From Dudresnaya verticillata (Eukaryota), in the NCBI GenBank assembly GCA_977862235.1, contig OZ374562.1:1984001-2048000 (forward strand): DNA of 64,000 nucleotides, given 5' to 3'. A program made the translations under genes and the position numbers. Under the pieces are notes generated by a model. It did not search any database and was not told the origin of the DNA. It saw only the letters and a program-made list of their open reading frames with translations. Shown piece by piece: positions 56,952-64,000 of the stretch. How positions within the stretch are numbered: the stretch's first letter is position 1; each line of letters opens with the position of its first letter.

Positions 56952-59900
56952 TCATCGACGCGTGGAAGCTCGGCGACGTCGGGCTGCAACGGCTGCCAGG
57001 CGCTTTCTATTCCAATAGCGGTGTATAACGTTTTGCGGGAACTCCTCAGCAGGTTCATACGTGTCCTGATCTGGTGGGTAGCCGTACCAACGCACCTTGT
57101 AGGTCATGCCCGTGGGTTCTTCGCGGTGTTCGACGATCTGGTTGATGACATACTCCGTGTCAGCATCAATTGTCTCCTGCACGGGGCAGGAATACCGCCT
57201 GGTGTTTGGGGCGTTACAGTAATATCACCTGGTGTTTGGGGTACTACTGTGGTGCCTCCCGCCTGCTGGGGTACTGTACCGTCCACGTCGATGTATGGCG
57301 TAACCGGCGGAGCCAATAGCGGCGCCGGCTGCACGGGAACTCCAATTGGTACCATAGTGATGCGATCGATGCTGATGGGAATTAGGACGCCATCCTTCTT
57401 GATAGTGACTACAGTGTCCGTTGCGGTGTGTACCTCGTAGGGGCCCGTCTATCTTGGGAGGAGCTTCTTCATTTGCTCCGCAAATTCACCGACGTGGTCA
57501 GGGCCTTGACCCAATCGGTCGCGTTCCTTCCGTTCGGTGGGTCGTAGATTACGCGGTGGGGAGATCTACGTAGACTTGATCGCCACCGCGAACCACCGGT
57601 TGGAAACGCACCTTACGGTCGAAGAGGGCCTTAGACTTCAACTGGGCTGTAGTCTGTTTGGTCTGCGCCTTCTGTAGGGCATAGCGCAAACGCCGCATGG
57701 TTCCCCGCTTTTGGAGCACGGGCGTAGTACGCCCCTCCGTAACGGTTTCTTCCAACTCCACAGGGGTGCCACGTATAATAACATCCGATGGGTGTCGAGT
57801 TAACACCAAGTCAAAGGAAGTAGGATCCGTAATCTGGTGTACCTGCATATTGTAGGAGTAGGTCAACGGCTGTAGGTATAAATCACAATCGGTGTGGTGA
57901 TCCTCGACGTAGTGTCGAAGGCGCTGTGCGATGGTTTTGTTAAACCGCTCGGCTTGCCCGTTTGTTTGCAGGTGATAGGCAGCGGTCAGCAAATGCCGCA
58001 CGACGAGTAGGGCATGGACAGCGTCGAAGAACTTCGCCGTGAACTTTCTTCCATTGTCGGTGAGTACAAATTTAGGTGCGCCGTACGCATACACCCAATG
58101 GTCTAAAAATGCGTTCGCCACCACGACGGCTATAATCGTCCGTAACAGAATGCACCGTGTTAGTTTAGAAACCCGATCGGTGATGACCAGTACAAAGACG
58201 TCTCCCCGTTTGGTTTTCAGCAGCGTGCCCAGTATGTCCGTAGCGACAAACTCCAGTGGGCCACTCGCGGGAAATAGCTTCATGAACTTCTGATGCTTAA
58301 ACCGCGTGCCCTTGGTTTTGACACATGAGCGGCAACTCCGAACGGTCTCCAATACATTATTAGCCATATGTGGCCAATAGTAGTCCCTCCGTAAGGTGTA
58401 GTACATCTTAATTCCGCCAGGGTATCCCGACATCAGGGTGTAGTGGGCAATATACAGGACCCTGCCACGGATCTGTTGCGGGACCAGCTTTTGGAGTACA
58501 CCGTCGAGGGCAGACTTGAGAACAAGAGACCCATGTCGGTCGTAGTCAAATTGTGATCCAGGGGATCCCACCGATTCGGCTTTAAGCTTGCAGAAAGTAT
58601 CCGTTGCTTGCGCGGCTATGAACTCCTCACGGGTAAGGGTCTCATTTCGCATATCCTCTTGTTGGATGACCGTTTGCCGGAATGGAGTGGGTGCTACTGT
58701 ATCCTTTTCAGGCGTAGTATTCGTTTCGGTGTCCCCACTTTCAACGCCTAGGACAGGGCTGCTTGCGGCATCAGGCTGTTGGGTCTGTTTCCAATTGGTT
58801 AGTCGCACACCATGTTGCACTACACCACTAGGAGTCGATTCCATAACGAAGCAAGGCACTTCCTCATCCAACTCAGCTTTATCAACACCACCTGTTCGGA
58901 GTCTTGACATACCGTCTGCGAGTTGGTGCTTGATATCGGGGCGGTATTGTACTTCGAACTCAAATTCCGATAGGCGTAGGCGCCATCTTGCTAAACGTCC
59001 AGACGCATCGGCTAAACGCAATGTCCAGCGTAATGCGTCGTGATCCGTACGGAGTATAAACTTTTCACCGTAAAGGTAGGGGCGTAGCGTTAGCATACTC
59101 CAAACTACAGCAAGGCACTCCTTTTCAGTGGTTGTGTAATTCTTCTCCGCATCGGTTAGACTTCGGCTCCAGTAATCCACTGGTAGATTATCTCCACTAG
59201 GTTGCTCCTGGAGAAGGACACACCCAACTTGGTAGTCACAAGCGTCGGTATCCAACGTATAATTAAAACCGTGACGGGTAAAGCCAATATTGGAGGGGAG
59301 GGTAGGTGTCTCTTTAACTCCTCAAAGGCGTGAAACGCCGTTTCGGTGAGAGTTCCAAACTCGAACACCAGACCACTGCCCGTTTTGTTATTGAGTGGCG
59401 AAGCAATACGTGCAAAATTGGGAACGAAGCGTCAATAGACGTTACATAATCCTAGAAAAGAGCGTAACTCCGTTTGGTTTGTAGGTAGCTTAGCCTCCCT
59501 GATGGCGAGAATATTCTTCCGTTCCACTTCCAGTTGGCTCGGGCGCACTATGTGGCCCAGATACTGTACGGAAGTGTCGAAGAAGGCACACTTTGATAAT
59601 TTCAGAGTTACACCTGCGGAACGGAGTAGCGTGAGGATCTCCTTAAGGTGTTCGAAGTGCTCCGTGACGGTGTTAGAATATACAATGACATCATCTAGGT
59701 AGATTAAGGCAAATTGCCATTTCACAGTAGATAGGATGATGTCAACCGCCCGTTGGAAAGTAGCCGGTGCGTTTTTGAGCCCAAAAGGCATTCTCCGGAA
59801 GCGGTATAATCCATAATGACTGGTTAAGGTAGTTTTGTCACGTTCCTACTCGGGGGTCTCTACTTGCCAATAGCCACTATTACAATCCAGAGTGGTGAAT

Positions 59901-61297
59901 ACTGTAGCTTCTCCAAGGGAGTCGATACATTCATCCATCCGGGGTAAAGGGTATGAATCCCGAACGGTGACAGCGTTAAGACGTCTATAATCGACACAAA
60001 ACCGCATGGAGCTGTCCGTTTTAGGAACAAAGACCACGGGGCTAGCCCACTCCGAAGCGGATGGCTCGATCACCTTAGCGGACAACATACGATCCACTTC
60101 TGCCTTCTCCAGCTCGCGCTGTTTATGTCCTGCCCGATGTGGTGCTTGATATACCGGTTTGGCACCAGGCATTAATTCAATACGGTGTTTCGCGGCCGTT
60201 ATATTTCCTAACTCGCCGTTCCACATAGTGCTGAACTCCTAGAGGAGTGTAACCACCTTAGCGCGGAGTTTTTCATCCTTGGAAACAATATGGATGTTAT
60301 CCTTCCAGACGGTGTCAGGGGTTGTAGTCGATTCCGATACGGTGTTTCCTTTGAATCCATCGTGGGGAGTAGCCTTGCTGCTCTCATTAGGAGGAGTAGG
60401 AAAGGAATTAATCTGTCCTCCCCCTCCTTAAATGGAGGTACACCGTTAACGGTGAGTATGGCAGAGGGAGCAGCAGTAGCGAGGCCCATGACGGTAGACT
60501 TGGGTAACCGGACCGGTTTGGGGGAAAATTAGTCAGCCACACCTTAAAGGGTTTGTTAGGGATTATATCCATAACCCCGTTAGCCATAAGGGTGAGGTGT
60601 TTATGGATGGGTTTGGGATCGTTTTGAAGAAAACACAAGCCATCGGTAGGAGTAGTGACCAATGCAAGGGATTGGGTCATAGGGGGGATAATAAGGGATT
60701 TTGCTAGGCGGAGCTTTTGCGATACCAAAGCAGAGGACACAGGGGGGCCCTGGAGAGGAGAAGCAGCCACCGTTTTGGAGTGTCGGGTTTGTCCCATTAG
60801 CGAAACTGGGGGTGGTGATGAAAAACAACTTTCCGTGCCGGTGGGAGGATCGCCTTGACATGGCGATCAATAAAACTGGTTCCCAGAATACACGGAGGAG
60901 CGAGGTTCGCGACCACCAGGAAGTGGACTCAAGTACGCAATTCTCCGATACGGACGAGAAGTTGACTGACACCAAGCAGGCGTATCGACCTATTGGACGC
61001 ATCCCGTAAAGGTGGACTGGTATCTGGGCGAATCAAAGACAACCAGTGGCGTGGAAGCCGTCGGTCGTTAATGAGATTTGGCCTAGCACCAGAATCCAAT
61101 ACGGTGATGAGAGGCAACATGAGGTCATTAATCCTTCCCACGATAATCTGGATTTTATAATTCTGCCGTTGTAGAACACAGACAGAATCACCAGGTGGTG
61201 GAAATTCAAGGGGGATTTCTGGAACAAAATCAAGGGGGTACTCCGTAATGGTGGCAGACTGACAGTCCGGGAAAGCCCGTATTGGTGGGCGTACCAC
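56952..61297 (-). pseudogene. pol: Gypsy A pol with chromodomain (unit 2)
   Basis: Copy of 22960-27305. Confidence 0.95.
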
Positions 61298-61323
61298 GTC
61301 GCATTGAGGAGACGGGGACGCTC

Positions 61324-63914
61324 TTACACGTCTCCTGCGACGTTTTCCGAGTCGGGGTGTGGCATGAGTGCCTCCTTCACCATATCAGCTGGGGGCTCGC
61401 CAACCGCACCACCATCGACAGTCAGCACCCGCGCTGGGCGTTGCTGGTAGTTACCCGGTGGACGGGTTCCCCTATTGGAGTTGGCGAAGGCCTGTCGCTT
61501 GAGGAGGATCGCCTGATAGTTGCGCTCGCGCTCTTCTATCAGGGGACCCCTTTTTCTGTGTCGCTCAGATACGGACAAATGACATGGTCCGGGGAGAGGC
61601 ACAAGCGACAGTAGCCGCTTCCATAGAGGCGTCTGACATCCGGTGAGGTGTGATTCGTATGCTCTGCGGCAGGGGATTGTTTTCCAATACGGTGTTCGCT
61701 CTGCCCTTGATGGGGAGGCGTGTTACCGTGGGGGTGTCCAATATGGCTAGGATGCTGCCCGGTGGTTCCCTGACGGTGTGTGGCGGGGCCGTAGCGGCTG
61801 TCAGCCGGTCCGTAGCGGGGTTGCCGGGGTGGTGGCATCCGTGGCGCTGGTGGGCGAAGGTTCGGAGTCCGAGGCGGAGTAGGGTAGACACTACTCGGTG
61901 GGGAAGAGTACGCTGTAGTAAACGTAACCCCCGACGAGGTGCCGGCGCTACGACCCGCGCCACCTTCCAGGGCGAGCACATGCTCCTCCGATTCAGCGGG
62001 ATACTCCGAGTAGGTATAATGCGATGGAGATCCAATCGACAGAACGCCAGAGCGTCGTGACTGACTCTTCGGTTTTCCGTCGAAGACGTGCACCGCTGAG
62101 GTTTGGCGTCTGGCTGCCCGATGGGATTCTCCGAGCCCTTTAGCGTAGCGGGTGATGGCTTGGTAATCCATATGGGGGTGTGTCGCCAGATAATTGCGCA
62201 TCTGCTGACACGTTCCCGGTAGGAGTCCTTCCACAAACAGCGACTTGAGGGACCTGTCGGAGAATACTGTACCGCATCGGAGTGCCTTAGTCCAAAGTTG
62301 GTTGGAGAATTGCTCTTCCGTTAAGGCCGACGTTTGTCGAAACGACGTTACGTCCGAATACCCTTCGGCAATCACCTCATCGGTAGCATAAGTCCTTAGC
62401 AAAAAGTTCACCACTTCGGTATAGGTGCGAAGCATCTCTGCTTGCTCCTCGTCGACCGCCATGGTGCCACCAGCGAGACGGGCTTGAAGCAAAGCTTCAG
62501 CCTGTCCACTTAAGAAAAACTGGAAACACCACAGTGCGGTTCCTTCCGAAATGGAGTTGATGTTACACGCATCCTTGAACTTCGCGAGAAATCCAAGGAC
62601 CGTGATGGGGTCTGTACCGTTAAAGGAGTGGGACTTCATTTGCCTCTCCAGCTTTTTGCGGATACGTCCCATATTCTGGGACAAGCTGGAGCTGTAGTAA
62701 GAACTCCTTTTCTCCAGACGGTATGTTCGGAAATCCAGCGCCTTCACGAACCTGTCGTTCAGGGGCCGGATCACCTTTGGGAGTGGCCTGTCGACCTCTC
62801 GGTGTTTGGCGTCGTGTTTTCTGGCCCGACGCCGCTCGTCCATATCCGTATCGGAGTAGCTCGTATCAGAGCCGGAGGAATGGGAGGAGTCATGCCCTTC
62901 TCGGTGCCTATGGCGCGACTTGCGCCTATTCTTCTTCCTTTTGCGGTGTTGGCTATCATCTGATTCCATACCGGAGTGTTCTTTGTCCCGTCGCGAAGCG
63001 CGTTTGCTCCGTTGCGAACGGTCACGTTCCTTATCGGAGTGGGAGTCCTTGGCCTTTCTGTCAGCACTGTATCTACCACTCCGGTCTTGGTTTTTCTTGG
63101 AGTCACCATCGGAGTGCTCACTGCCTCTACGCGAAGCCACCGGCACGAGGATAAGTTCCCCCGGAGGCACTTCTGCGGGTCCAGGGACCGTACTCCGATT
63201 CTGTTGGGGTTGGTGTGTTGGATCCAATTCGATGTATTAAGTTTGGGTAGGTAACCCAGGGGCTGCCGCTGTCCTTACCGGATCGGGCGGAAACACCTAA
63301 GTGGGGATTTCTGGCATATATGTCGTTTCTCCCTTGACCGTGAAGTTATTCCGTATCGGTGTAGGTCCAGAAAACGGCTGCTCCTTGGGTCCCGGTAGGG
63401 GTTGTCCGGGGGTGAGCATCTGCTCGATCTCCGACGCCTGACGCTCCTGATGGATGAGCGTCTGTACCAACTCCGGAAGCTGTTTCTCCAGGTAGGAGCT
63501 AACAATGACCGGAACGGTGTCGGCGAGCGTGGTCTCAACGTCCTTGACCATGTTGGGTTGCACCTCTATACGGAAATGTTCCAACTCCCGTGGGATGACT
63601 TCCGAAAGTATCCAGTGGACACGATTGGAGTCACCTGGCTTGGATACACCCTTGCGGGAAGTATCTGAACCAGGTCGGGATTTAGAGAGCTTACTGGCTA
63701 CACCTTTAAGGAGTTCTTCAGGGTTCTCCATACCGGGGTTCAGGTCGGCAGCATCGCCACGGTGTGTTCTCGTGGCTGAGGCTACGTCCGGTTCGGTGGG
63801 CTCACTGCGGCGTGTTCTCGCAGTAGAGGGCACCTCCGGGACGGTGTTATCGTCACCGTGGCATGCTCTCGTGGTTGACGGCACCTCACCTTGATCCGAT
63901 ACGGTACGGTCCAT
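61324..63914 (-). pseudogene. gag: Gypsy A gag (unit 2)
   Basis: Copy of 27332-29922. Confidence 0.85.
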
Positions 63915-64000
63915 GTGTTCTTCTATTCTTAGGATAACAAAACGGAGTCAACGGGTGTTTTGCCTTGTCCTGCCTTTACACCAATGTGGTGCAAGGGGAG

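Larger units (their letters stand above)
52315..63984 (-). mobile_element. Chromovirus-like gypsy A (unit 2); 3' LTR 52315-53662
   Basis: Copy of 18323-29992. LTR B restarts at 63985. Confidence 0.92.
33994..64000 (+). repeat. Unit 2 (partial, runs off the window) of the ~33.99-kb tandem repeat
   Basis: Colinear near-identical copy of 1-30008 with scattered substitutions, e.g. counterparts of ~4673, 7254, 8306, 10723, 13625, 14356, 18186, 23735, 26519. Confidence 0.98.

Noticed and set aside
1..64000. Host protein-coding, tRNA or rRNA genes
   Set aside because: None was recognisable. Small unassigned stretches (5640-6380, 15860-16280, 17050-17700) look like decayed TE sequence, but I cannot exclude other origins.

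Overview
This is eukaryotic, transposon-saturated DNA with no recognisable host gene, RNA gene or CRISPR array. The Gag, Harbinger and copia-type sequences remind me of red-algal elements, but that is an inference. The whole window is a near-perfect head-to-tail tandem repeat of a ~33,992-33,993-bp unit (1-33993, then 33994-64000 partial). I found about 10 differences by eye in 30 kb. Each unit is a nest of mobile elements. (1) A solo LTR (TSD AGAAG) is split by a degenerate non-LTR retrotransposon, which itself contains a second solo LTR (TSD GCGAC). (2) An old, decayed plus-strand Ty3/gypsy has its gag interrupted by a young tyrosine-recombinase (DIRS/PAT-like) retrotransposon and by a decayed PIF/Harbinger DNA transposon. 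(3) A minus-strand chromodomain Ty3/gypsy has a 1348-bp 3' LTR and a large antisense orphan ORF between pol and that LTR. (4) A head-to-head truncated gypsy retains LTR, PBS and gag. (5) There is a copia-type integrase fragment. The most interesting items are the antisense accessory gene of the chromovirus, the atypical termini and ~3.6-kb overprinted frame of the YR retrotransposon, and the 34-kb TE-derived macro-tandem repeat.
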